Shown: positions 9,413-18,640 of the stretch, one piece after another | Numbering within the stretch: position 1 is the stretch's first letter | How the letters are laid out: every line of letters begins with the position of its first letter | Assembly: GCA_963709345.1 (NCBI GenBank) | Contig: CAVPVX010000004.1 | Span: 1 to 64,000 of the forward strand | DNA: 64,000 nt | Source: an uncultured Actinomycetes bacterium | GTDB lineage: Bacteria; Actinomycetota; Thermoleophilia; UBA2241 | Direction of reading: 5' to 3' | Notes under the pieces: generated by a model | Told to the model about the DNA's origin: nothing | Databases searched by the model: none | What the model saw: the letters and a program-made list of their open reading frames with translations, nothing else | Translations under genes and position numbers: made by a program

Positions 9413-10641
9413 TGACGCCTCTCGTCTCGCTCCGCGACGTCGACTTCGCCTACGACGAGCGACCCGTGCTGCGGCGGATCTCCTTCGACCTCGACGCCGG
9501 CGAGTTCATCGGCATCGTCGGCCCCAACGGCAGCGGCAAGTCGACGCTCGTCGACCTGATCGACGGCATTCTCCGTCCCCGCGCCGGCGAGGTGGTCGTG
9601 AGTGGTGTCGCGACCCACAGGTACCGGCGCCGCGACATGGCCCGGGAGGTCGCTCTCGTGCCGCAGCACTTCGACCTGGACTTCGACCTCGCGGTCCGCG
9701 AGGTCGTCGAGATGGGAGCGTACTGCCGCGGCAAGGATCCGGCGGCGTGCGGCGACGCCGAGCTCATGCTGGCGCGTCTCGGCGTCGCGCACCTCGTGAG
9801 TCGTCGGTTCTCGGAGCTCTCGGGCGGCGAGAAGCAGCTGGTCGTGCTCGCCCAGGCGCTCATGCAGCAAGCTCCTCTCCTCCTGCTCGACGAGCCGGCC
9901 TCCGCCCTCGACGTCTCGCATCAGCTTCGCCTCTTCGACCTCCTCAAGGAGCTGAACGGGGAAGGTCTCACGGTGCTCTGCATCCTGCACGACCTCAATC
10001 TGGCGCTGCACTACTTCGACAAGTTGGTGGTGCTGAGCGACGGGGAGGTGGCGGCGTTCGGGCCGCCGGACGACGTGCTGCGGCCCGAGATGCTGGAGGC
10101 TGTGTACGGCGTGCGCGCCTACATGCACCGGCACGCCGGCAGAACGTACCTGACCTTCTCTCCGCGACTGCGCGGCGAGCGGCGCGGCCGTGTGCACCTC
10201 GTCTGTGGCGGCGGCACCGGCGCCGGCCTCATGCGCGAGCTGGTGGACGCCGGCTACGAGGTGTCCGCCGGCGTTCTGAACGCGCTGGACACCGACGAGG
10301 AGACGGGCCGCGAGCTCGGCCTGCAGATGGCCGTCGAGGCGCCGTTCTCGCCGGTGGGCGACGAGGCACACGCCGAGAACCTCGAGCTCATGCGCGCCGC
10401 CGACCTCGTCATCGTCACCGCAGTCCCGGTGAGCCACGGCAACGCGCGCAACATCGAGGCGGCGCTGCAGGCGCTCGGAGAGGGCACGCCCGTGTGGGCC
10501 GACGAGGGCCTCCGCGCCAACGACTTCGCCGGCGTCACGGACGGTATCGCGGACGCCGGCGTCAGGCTGTTCGCAGGGGAGGCGGATCTCCTCGAGGCCG
10601 TGCGCCGAGGCGAGGGCGCGGCGAGCGAGACGAAGACGTAG
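9412..10641 (+). CDS. BtuD/FepC-like ABC ATPase with an extra C-terminal domain
   Basis: GPNGSGKST, LSGGEKQ, LLLDEP and LHDLNLA motifs; about 150-aa extension starting RVHLVCGGGTGA; ATG overlaps the permease stop. Confidence 0.9.
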   Translation: MTPLVSLRDVDFAYDERPVLRRISFDLDAGEFIGIVGPNGSGKSTLVDLIDGILRPRAGEVVVSGVATHRYRRRDMAREVALVPQHFDLDFDLAVREVVEMGAYCRGKDPAACGDAELMLARLGVAHLVSRRFSELSGGEKQLVVLAQALMQQAPLLLLDEPASALDVSHQLRLFDLLKELNGEGLTVLCILHDLNLALHYFDKLVVLSDGEVAAFGPPDDVLRPEMLEAVYGVRAYMHRHAGRTYLTFSPRLRGERRGRVHLVCGGGTGAGLMRELVDAGYEVSAGVLNALDTDEETGRELGLQMAVEAPFSPVGDEAHAENLELMRAADLVIVTAVPVSHGNARNIEAALQALGEGTPVWADEGLRANDFAGVTDGIADAGVRLFAGEADLLEAVRRGEGAASETKT

Positions 10642-10880
10642 GGATACGGGGCGGGCGGCGCGAAGGCGAGCGCCCGCCCCGCCTCCCTACAACAGCCGGA
10701 GCGTCCGGTTCCACGACGCGCTCCGGCGCACGCGGGTGGCGGTCTCCCAGGCCGTGGCCCGAGCAGCCGGGGAGCGGCGTCCGCAAGCGCCGCCCCGGCA
10801 GGCCGGGGCGGGGTGTCCCACAAGCCACCCCGCCCTCTGTCTTGTCTGCGCCCAGGGCGCCAACGTGCGTCCGCGGTCCT

Positions 10881-11330
10881 CTAGCCGAGCATCTCCCGGA
10901 TCTCGGCCGCGGCCGCGCGGTCCTGCTGCGCACTCTTGGCGAAGAGCGGGGCCTTCTGCTCGAGGTCGTCCGCGTACTGCGTGGCGAAGGCCTCGTGGTA
11001 CCGCGCCGCGTCCTCTTCTGCCTGGGCCAGCTGCTCGGCCGCTGCCGGCCAGCTGCTGGCAGGCTCGGCATCGAGCGTGCCGAGGTAGGAGGCGCCTTGC
11101 AGCGGACCGGCCGGACCGGCCGTGAGGTCGCCTGCCCCCTGGTGCTGCGCCATCAGCTTCTGGACACGGTCGTCGTGCGTGCAGACGATCTCCTCGAGCT
11201 TGTCCTGCCACTCCTGGGTCGGTGCGAGTACACCGGCTGCGGCGGCGAAGTCGGCGCACGCCTGCTCCGCCTCGAGGGCGAAGCGCAGGGCCGGGCCGTA
11301 CGCCGTGATCTCCGGGAAGTCGTGAGCCAC
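10881..11330 (-). CDS. Ferritin/rubrerythrin-like helical hypothetical protein
   Basis: ALEAEQ...H and LAQAEEDAARY helix-pair pattern; strong AAGGAG RBS. Confidence 0.6.
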   Translation of the reverse strand: MAHDFPEITAYGPALRFALEAEQACADFAAAAGVLAPTQEWQDKLEEIVCTHDDRVQKLMAQHQGAGDLTAGPAGPLQGASYLGTLDAEPASSWPAAAEQLAQAEEDAARYHEAFATQYADDLEQKAPLFAKSAQQDRAAAAEIREMLG

Positions 11331-11364
11331 GTCGGTCTCCTTTGTTCGGGTCTCGCCGACGTTT

Positions 11365-11389
11365 CTACCCGTCTGCCGTATCGATTAAC
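11365..11389 (-). promoter_or_regulatory. SigB/SigF-type promoter candidate
   Basis: GTTAAT-N13-GGGTAG, 35 nt upstream of the GTG at 11330. Confidence 0.4.
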
Positions 11390-11392
11390 GGA

Positions 11393-11432
11393 CAGGGCGC
11401 GGAGGGCAGGCTTGCCTGCCCTCCGCGCCCTG
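11393..11432 (-). terminator. Hairpin downstream of mmsA
   Basis: 19-bp perfect inverted repeat CAGGGCGCGGAGGGCAGGC/GCCTGCCCTCCGCGCCCTG; weak U-tract. Confidence 0.6.
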
Positions 11433-11459
11433 ATGCAAGAGCACGCTCTGGTCGGCTGC

Positions 11460-12985
11460 TCAGCGGTTGACGGTGCCCTCCCAGGTGCTCACGAACTTCT
11501 GCTTCTTGTCGGCTTCGGTGAACCAGCGGGTGGTGACGCACTTGGTCTCGGTGAAGAACTGGAAGCCGTCGCGGCCGAACACGTGGTTGTCGCCGAAGAA
11601 GCTGTCCTTGTGACCGGCGAACGGGAAGAAGCTCACCGGCACCGGGATGCCCACGTTGATGCCGACCATGCCGGCGTGCGTGCGGCGCGCGAACTCGCGC
11701 GAGTAGTAGCCGCTCTCGGTGAAGATGCACGACCCGTTGGCGTACGGGTTGTGGTTCATCAGCTCGATGCCCTCTTCGAAGTCGTCGACGCGCTTGATGT
11801 ACAGGATCGGGCCGAACGACTCCTCGCGGCCGCACACCATGTCCGGGGTCACGTGGTCGAAGATCGTCGGGCCGACGAAGTGGCCCCCATGCAGCTCGGC
11901 CGGCAACTGGTCGTTGACGGTACGGCCGTCGAGGATGAGCTCGGCGCCCTCTTCGACGCCCTTCTCGATCCAGCCGGTGACGAACTTCTTGTGCGCGGCG
12001 CTGACGACCGGGCCGAGCTCAGTGCCGGGAAGCGTGGCGTTGCCGACCGTGCGCTCCATGGCGAACTGCTTCATGTAGCCGATGAACTCGTCGGCGACGG
12101 AGTTCTCGACCACGCAGACGGGGAGCGCCATGCAGCGCATGCCGGCGCAGCCGAAGGTGGAGTTGATGATGCCGCGGGCGGCGCGCTCGAGCGAGGCGTC
12201 GGCGAGTACGAGGCCGTGGTTCTTGGCCTGCGGTCTGGGCCTGGACGCGCTTGCCGTTGGCGGCCGCGATGGAGTAAACGTGCTTGCCGACCGGCGTGCT
12301 GCCGACGAAGCTGACGCCGCGCACGGCCGGGTGCCTCAGCAGGACCTCGGCCTCTTCCTTCTCGGCGGTCACCATGTTGACGACGCCCTTGGGCAGGCCG
12401 GCCTCGTAGAGCAGTCGAGCAGCAGGTGGCTGGTGAGCGGCACCGGGTTGGCCGACTTGAGCACAAAGGTGTTGCCGCAGACGATGCAGATCGGCAGCAT
12501 CCAGCCGAAGGGGATCATGGCGGGGAAGTTGAACGGCGCGATGCCGGCGAACACGCCGAGCGGCTCGCGGTAGCTCACGGTGTCGTGCCCGGTGGACACG
12601 TTCATCAGGCTCTCGCCCTTCATGAGCATCGGGGCGCCGACGGCGATGTCGATGGCCTCGATGATCTTGATGACCTCGCCGCGGGCCTCGTCGAGGTTCT
12701 TGCCGAGCTCGGTGGAGACGACGGTGGCGATCTCGTCCATGCGCTTGAGGAGCATCGGGCGCCAGGTGAACAGGATCTCAGTGCGCTTCTGGATGGGCAT
12801 CGACGACCAGGCGGGGAAGGCGGCGTTGGCCGACTCGATGGCCTCGGTGACCTCGGCCTCGGTGCACATCGGCGTTTCGGCGATGACCTCCCCGGTGTTG
12901 GAGTCGGTGATCGGCAGGTAGGTGTCGGTCTTCGACTGCTCCACTCGCCGTCGACCATGTAGCCGAGTCTCTTGACTTCCGCCAT
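11460..12985 (-). CDS. mmsA: CoA-acylating (methyl)malonate-semialdehyde dehydrogenase; about three frameshifts
   Basis: REPLGVFAGIAPFNFPAMIP, SFVGSTPVG, RCMALPV, EESFGP, NPYANG and GMVGINVGIPVP motifs across ORFs 12369..12944, 12019..12375 and 11460..12140; start MAEVKRL. Confidence 0.9.
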
Positions 12986-13034
12986 CTTCGTTCCTCTCGT
13001 CGCTCTCTCACGGTTGATTGGTGCGGCGGGATGG

Positions 13035-13063
13035 AGTCTAATCAATCAAGTGATTAATCTCAA
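13035..13063 (-). promoter_or_regulatory. mmsA promoter with probable TetR operator
   Basis: TTGAGA-N17-TAGACT on the minus strand; palindrome TAATCA-N6-TGATTA (13039-13056) fills the spacer; divergent TetR gene. Confidence 0.7.
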
Positions 13064-13123
13064 CTCCGGGGCGTCGGCTGCGCACCGAGCTGTGCGCCCC
13101 GTCCCCGGCAGGAGGTCACCGAC

Positions 13124-13849
13124 GTGTCCCTGAGTCCCGAGGAGGGCAACGCGAGCGCAAGACCGTCCACCGCTCCACCGCGCGCCGCTGCGGATGGCGG
13201 CAGCGCCACCGCCACCGCTCCTCTCAGCCGTGACCCGAGGCAAGACATGCCGCCCGCCGCCCTCAAGATCCTGGCGGCGGCGCAGCGGGTCCTGGTGGCC
13301 AAGGGCTTCTCCGGCCTGACACTGCGAGCTATCGCCAAGGAGTCCGGAGAGAACTCGGCGATGGTGCAGTACTACTTCGGGAACAAGGAAGGCCTCGTCA
13401 AGGCGATGATCGACTCGGTCTTTCGCGACGACCAGCAGGACGCGGCCTCCGCTATGAGCACGGTCGCGAGTGAAGAGCGCCTGCCCAGGTTCGTGGATGG
13501 CCTTCGGACGATCAGTTCGTCACGGTCGTTCCGCGTGTTCTTCGACATTCTGCCCTACGCCTTGCGGAACCAGGGATTGAGGGACCGCATGGCTCGAGCC
13601 TACGAGTGGTACCGGCGTATCAAGCTTGATTGGCTGAGGGCAGAGGATCAGGCGTCGTGGTCCGAGCAGGACGCGCTGCTCGGCCTCGCCGAGCTCATGA
13701 CGGCGGTGGTGGACGGATTGGCGATCCAGGAGGCCATCGACGACGACTTCGATACGCGACGGCCGTATGCGGTGCTGGAGTTCATGCTCCAGCGCTCGCT
13801 GTCGGAGCTGCTGCTCGCGGACGCGCGCGGCGACCAGCGGCTGGAGTGA
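13124..13849 (+). CDS. TetR/AcrR-family regulator
   Basis: ILAAAQRVLVAKGFSGLTLRAIAKESG...VQYYFGNKEGL HTH. Confidence 0.92.
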   Translation: MSLSPEEGNASARPSTAPPRAAADGGSATATAPLSRDPRQDMPPAALKILAAAQRVLVAKGFSGLTLRAIAKESGENSAMVQYYFGNKEGLVKAMIDSVFRDDQQDAASAMSTVASEERLPRFVDGLRTISSSRSFRVFFDILPYALRNQGLRDRMARAYEWYRRIKLDWLRAEDQASWSEQDALLGLAELMTAVVDGLAIQEAIDDDFDTRRPYAVLEFMLQRSLSELLLADARGDQRLE

Positions 13850-14090
13850 GTACGGCTCGCCTGGAGCTAGCAGGCGGGGTGGTGTTCGGGGCTTCGGCTC
13901 CTGCCGTGCGTTCGCGCCGAACCAGCCCCTTCGTCAGCCAGCCGGACCGCTCGCCGGCGTGAACTGAGCGCCGACGTCTCCCGGTAGGGCTTGGGTCTCC
14001 TCGGCCTTTGAGTGGTGTGTATCGCGCTGACGGCCGGTCGGTGCGCGCCGCGCGTCTGCTCAGTGCTGCTTGCCGGCGCGCACGTTGCGC

Positions 14091-15803
14091 TTACGGCTGC
14101 GAAGGCTCGGACCGGTCGGCCGGAGCGGCCTCGCCCCAGAGGGCGAGTATGGTCACATCGTCGGGCAGCGGACCTCCCTGCTCAGACTCCACGCTGTCGA
14201 CCAGCGCGTCGAGGTCCGACGCGTCCAGGCTGCCACCGGACCAGATGCCGGCGACAAGCTCGGCCAGGCCTTCGGCGCGCAGCCGGGCGTCGCTGCCGGG
14301 AGCGCTGCGCGCCTCGATGATGCCGTCTGTGTACAGGAGCAGGCCCCAGCGCTCGGCGAGCGTGACCGTGACCAGGGGCCAGGCGCTGTCGCCGTCCAGC
14401 CCGAGCAGCGGTCCGGAGCTGTAATCGATCTGCCGCACGCCGTCGCCGAGCAGCAGCGGTATGGGGTGCCCGGCAATGACGATCCTCGCAACGCCGTGGG
14501 CGTCGAGGATGAGGGCGCACACGGTTGCCAGCAGGGACCCGAGGTCGGCGCGCTCCGCTCGGTCGCTCTCGTAGAGCGTCAAGCTGTTGAGGGTGTGCAT
14601 GCTGCTCTCGAGGTCGGTCCCGCTCAGCATCAGCGCGCGCCACGCCGCGCGAAGGCTTGCGCCCAGAGCGGCCGAGTCCGGCCCGTGCCCGGTGACGTCG
14701 CCGATGACCGCCGCGAGCGAGCCGTCCGGGCGGAGGACGGTGTCGACGAAGTCACCGCCGAGCAGCATCCGCTGCTCGCCGGGCCTGTAGACGACCGCCG
14801 TCTCCACGCCCGGCAGGGAGTCTTCGATAGAGGGCACGAGACTTGCCTGGAAGCGGCGGTAGAGGGCCGATACCTCGCTCTGAGCCTCACTCCGCTGCGC
14901 TTGCGCCAGTGCCACGGCGGCGTGCTCGGCAAAGCGCTGGACGACGCCGAGCTCGCCGAGTTCCGGCTCGGGCATGCGGCGCGCCCAGCTCATCGCGAGG
15001 AGCGCGACCGGCACGTCGTCGAGCACCACCGGCGCGCGGATGGCCGAGACCTGGTCGGGGTCGCCGGTGATCGCCCGTGGCAGTCGCGGCCTGACGTCCA
15101 CGCGCATGTCGGCGACGAAGCGGGGGATGAGGTTGTCGGTGAGCTCCAGTTGAAGCTCGAGTGAAGGCTCGACGACGAGCCGCTCTCCCTGCGCGGACGC
15201 GAGGAACGGCGAGCGGGCAAGCAGCCGCAGCCGCTCGCCCTCGATGGCGAACAGTGCGACCAGGTCGCACTTGAACGTCTGCCGCGCGGCGTCGGAGATC
15301 GCCCTGGCGACCGCCGGCGAGTTGCCGCGCACGTGGAACGACGGCGTGGCCTGGAGCACGCCGTCCAGTGCGTCACGGGCTGAATGCGCCTGCTGCAGCG
15401 AACGCGCCACCTGGCCGCGGTAGCGGTCACCGAGCATGCCGGCGGCGATGCCCACGAAGACCCAGACGACGATCACCGCGCCGGTGCCGAACCCGCCGGC
15501 CGCCAGCCAGCGATCGGTGACCACAGCGGTGTCGTACACGACGGCGCCGACGAGCGCAAGGCCGGCGCCGACCCGTGGTCCGCCGACGATGGCGCCGCCG
15601 ACCACGAGCAGCGAGGTGATCGCCGCGGGCACGCCGATGAACTGCTCCTGCCGGTCGATGAAGTGGAAGGGCACGAGAAGGATCAGCGTGAGGAGGGAGC
15701 CGAAGAGGAAGACGAGCAGTGAGCGCGCCCGCAGGAAGGCGACGATCGCCAGCATCCGGGAGCGAACGGGGCCGAACGCGTCTGTTTGTCTGGGTGTGTG
15801 CAT
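14091..15803 (-). CDS. Membrane GAF + PP2C (SpoIIE/RsbU-type) phosphatase; start may extend to 15851
   Basis: N-terminal TM helices; GGDFVD, IGDVTGHG, AGHP, LYTDGIIEAR and DDVTIL motifs. Confidence 0.9.
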   Translation of the reverse strand: MHTPRQTDAFGPVRSRMLAIVAFLRARSLLVFLFGSLLTLILLVPFHFIDRQEQFIGVPAAITSLLVVGGAIVGGPRVGAGLALVGAVVYDTAVVTDRWLAAGGFGTGAVIVVWVFVGIAAGMLGDRYRGQVARSLQQAHSARDALDGVLQATPSFHVRGNSPAVARAISDAARQTFKCDLVALFAIEGERLRLLARSPFLASAQGERLVVEPSLELQLELTDNLIPRFVADMRVDVRPRLPRAITGDPDQVSAIRAPVVLDDVPVALLAMSWARRMPEPELGELGVVQRFAEHAAVALAQAQRSEAQSEVSALYRRFQASLVPSIEDSLPGVETAVVYRPGEQRMLLGGDFVDTVLRPDGSLAAVIGDVTGHGPDSAALGASLRAAWRALMLSGTDLESSMHTLNSLTLYESDRAERADLGSLLATVCALILDAHGVARIVIAGHPIPLLLGDGVRQIDYSSGPLLGLDGDSAWPLVTVTLAERWGLLLYTDGIIEARSAPGSDARLRAEGLAELVAGIWSGGSLDASDLDALVDSVESEQGGPLPDDVTILALWGEAAPADRSEPSQP

Positions 15804-15936
15804 GGTCAGTGGGCTCACGGGCAGCCGTGCCGTAAGCCGACCGTCGCCCAATCATATCGTGCGCCCCGGGTGTGACGTCGCGGCGGCGGACGGAGTGCGT
15901 CTCCGTGGGAGTCCGGGAGCGTGCGGCCGTCCGGCG

Positions 15937-16873
15937 TCAGCTGTACTTGACGCGCGGGTCGAGCCAGGTGTAGGCGAGGTCGACGAGGAAGTTGCTGATG
16001 ACGACGAGCATGGCCGAGAACAGCACCGTGCCCATGATCATCGGCGTGTCCTGGGTCTCGATGGCGTTCCAGGCCTGGCTGCCGATGCCCGGGATGCCGA
16101 AGACGACCTCGATGACGAGCACACCTCCCAGGAACCAGCCGACGTCCATGCCGAGCAGCGTGACGATGGGGCTCCAGGCGTTCCGCATGATGTGCCGCCA
16201 CACGACGGTGCGCTCGGGCAGACCCTTGGCGCGCGCCGCCTTGACGTAGTCGGCGCCGAGGATGTCGAGCATGCTGCTGCGCAGCATCCTCGAGTACCAG
16301 GCGGCGCCGCCGAGTCCGATGGTGAGCCCGGGCAGGATGCCGTACGCCAGGCCCTGCAGCGACCAGCCGTCGTACCCGCCGAGCGGGAAGATGGGGATCT
16401 GGAAGGCGAACACGTAGAGCAGCAGAAGTCCGAGGAAGAAGCCGGGCGTGGCCAGGCCGAGCAGGCTCAGGACCGTGAACAGCCGGTCACGGAAGCCGTA
16501 CTGCTTGAGCGCGCTGGTCATGCCCACCGGGATGCCGATGAGAAGCTCGAAGAAGATGCCGAACATGGCCACCATCACGGTGGCCGGGAAGCGCTGCAGG
16601 ATCGCCGTCGCGACCGGAAGTTGCGTGTCGTAGCTGTAGCCCATGTCGCCCTGGAGCAGGTTCCAGAGATACGTCCCGTACTGCACGTGGATGGGCTGGT
16701 CGAGATTCAGTTCCGCTGCGTATGCGGTCGAGGATCTCCGGCGTCGCGTGTACCCCGGCGATGCTCTTGGCCGGGTCGCCGGGCACGGCGAAGGCGAGCA
16801 GGAAGGTGATGACGCTCACGAAGAAGAGCACCACCACCATCCAGAGCAGTCTGCGGATGACGTACTTACCCAT
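15937..16873 (-). CDS. Peptide ABC permease (OppB/DppB); frameshift near 16710
   Basis: MGKYVIRRLL...PGDPA; RSSMLDILGADYVKAARAKGL EAA loop. Confidence 0.9.
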
Positions 16874-16923
16874 CGTCTCTCCCGCCGCGCTCGCTCGCCT
16901 TTCGCCGTGCCACAGCCGTCACG

Positions 16924-18603
16924 TCATTCTGCAGGCGTACCGGCGTCGGTCAGCCAGTAGTCCTGGTAGTTCTGGATCCACACCGGGTGGATGTAGAAGC
17001 CGCCGACGTTCTCGGTGGTCATCCCGATCCACACCGGCTGGTACAGCGGCGCCGTGGGCGCCTCCTCCATGATGATGTCCTGCATCTGGCCGTAGAGCTC
17101 GAGGCGCGTCGTCTCGTCGAGCTCGGTGATCGCCTGCGCGTAGAGGTCGTTCACCTGGTCGCTCTCCCAGAAGCTCGAGTTGGCGCCGCCTTCGATCGGG
17201 TTGGTGAACAACGGGCCGATCCAGTCACTCGGGTCGGGGAAGTCCTGGTACCAGTCGCTCAGGCCGATGCCGGCATTGGAGCCCTTCATGCTGATGAAGT
17301 CCCAGTACGTGGCGCGGTCCATGAGCTTGATCGACGCGTCGATACCGACGGCCTTGAGGTCGGCCTGGATGGCCTGCGCCAGCGTCGGGAACGGGTCGAC
17401 GTTGTGGCCGTAGAAGGTGCACTTGAAGCCGTCGGCGAACCCGGCCTCCGCTAGCAGCTGCTTGGCCTTCTCCGGGTCGTAGGTGTAGAACGTCGCCTCG
17501 GCGTCGTGCCCCGGCATGCCGGCCGGATAGATCTGGTTGAGCGCCTCGGCCTGCCCCTTGAGCAGCTTCTGGACCTTGGCCGTGTCGATGGCGTAGTTGA
17601 TCGCCTGCCGCACCTTCATGTTGTCGAAGGGCTTCTCGAGCACGTTCATGAACACGTAGTACCAGGCGATCTGGTTGTCGAGCACGATGCGGTCCTTGTA
17701 CTTGGGGTCGTTCGAGACACGCACGTAGTCGGCCGCCGCGACGCCGTCGCCGAGGACGTTGATGTCCCCCCGCTGCAGCTGGAGCAACGCCGTCGACGTG
17801 CTCGCCGAGAAGGTGAAGTCCATGGTGTCGATGTACGGCTTGCCCTCTTCCCAGTAGTCCGGGTTGCGCGTCATGGTGATGCTCTGGCCGGGCACCCACT
17901 TCTCGAAGACGTACATGCCGGTGCCGAGCGGGTTGCGGTTGAACTTCTTGCCCCACTTCTCGACCCACTCCTTGGCGACGACCGAGGTGAAGGGCATGGA
18001 CATGGCCATGAGGAACGACGAGTCGGCCTTCTCCAGGGTGATCTCCACGGTGTAGTCGTCGACGGCCTTGAAGCCCTCGACCTCCCCGGCCTTGCCGTCG
18101 ACGAAGTCCTGGGCGCCGACGATGCCGGTGTAGAAGAAGGTCGCCGGCGCAAGCGGCTCGCTCATCATGCGCTCGAAGCTGTACTTGAAGTCGGCGGCCG
18201 TGACCTCACGGCTCACGGGCGCGGCGAACTTGACGCCCTCACGCAGCTTGAAGGTGTAGACGGTGCCGTCTTCGCTGATGCCGCCGTTCTCGACGGACGG
18301 CACCTCGGTGGCGAGCTCGGGCATGAGCTCGGTGCCGGCCTCCCCCGAGGCCGGCTCGTAGGTCAGGAACGTCTGGTAGCAGAGGCGTTCGAGTGCCCAC
18401 GACTCGACCTCCCAGGCGATCGCCGGGTCGAGCTCCGTGGGCTCGCCCTGGAAGGCGACCTTGAGGGTGCCTCCCTGGACGGGCTCGCCGCCGGAGTCGC
18501 CGCCTCCGCCGCCGGACTCGCCGCCGCAGGCGGTGAGTCCGGCGGCCAGCGCGGCGAGCGCCAGCACGGCCATGACACCGATGATCCACAGTCGCATCTT
18601 CAT
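16924..18603 (-). CDS. Peptide ABC substrate-binding lipoprotein (family 5), copy 1
   Basis: Lipobox LTAC; YTFKLREGVKF, PLGTG and KVRQAINYAID motifs. Confidence 0.93.
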   Translation of the reverse strand: MKMRLWIIGVMAVLALAALAAGLTACGGESGGGGGDSGGEPVQGGTLKVAFQGEPTELDPAIAWEVESWALERLCYQTFLTYEPASGEAGTELMPELATEVPSVENGGISEDGTVYTFKLREGVKFAAPVSREVTAADFKYSFERMMSEPLAPATFFYTGIVGAQDFVDGKAGEVEGFKAVDDYTVEITLEKADSSFLMAMSMPFTSVVAKEWVEKWGKKFNRNPLGTGMYVFEKWVPGQSITMTRNPDYWEEGKPYIDTMDFTFSASTSTALLQLQRGDINVLGDGVAAADYVRVSNDPKYKDRIVLDNQIAWYYVFMNVLEKPFDNMKVRQAINYAIDTAKVQKLLKGQAEALNQIYPAGMPGHDAEATFYTYDPEKAKQLLAEAGFADGFKCTFYGHNVDPFPTLAQAIQADLKAVGIDASIKLMDRATYWDFISMKGSNAGIGLSDWYQDFPDPSDWIGPLFTNPIEGGANSSFWESDQVNDLYAQAITELDETTRLELYGQMQDIIMEEAPTAPLYQPVWIGMTTENVGGFYIHPVWIQNYQDYWLTDAGTPAE

Positions 18604-18640
18604 CCTGTCCCCCTTTGCGTAGCCCCGTGTCGGGCCGAGG

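Noticed and set aside
10740-10760. Minus-strand GCCTGGGAGACCGCC resembling a B12 box
   Set aside because: It lacks the AGGGAA/GGTG-AATCC/GCCCCC core and is not upstream of a cobalamin gene.
9294-12314. Long shadow ORFs (for example 1006 aa here, 38392..40791, 42034..43899, 50652..52475)
   Set aside because: They are Arg/Pro/Ala-rich alternate-frame or antisense ORFs overlapping real genes, as expected at this GC content.
13850-14090. Convergent intergenic gap as a possible Ms1/6S-like RNA
   Set aside because: Only short, chance-level resemblance and scattered hairpins, with no clear promoter or terminator; it would need an Rfam cmsearch hit.
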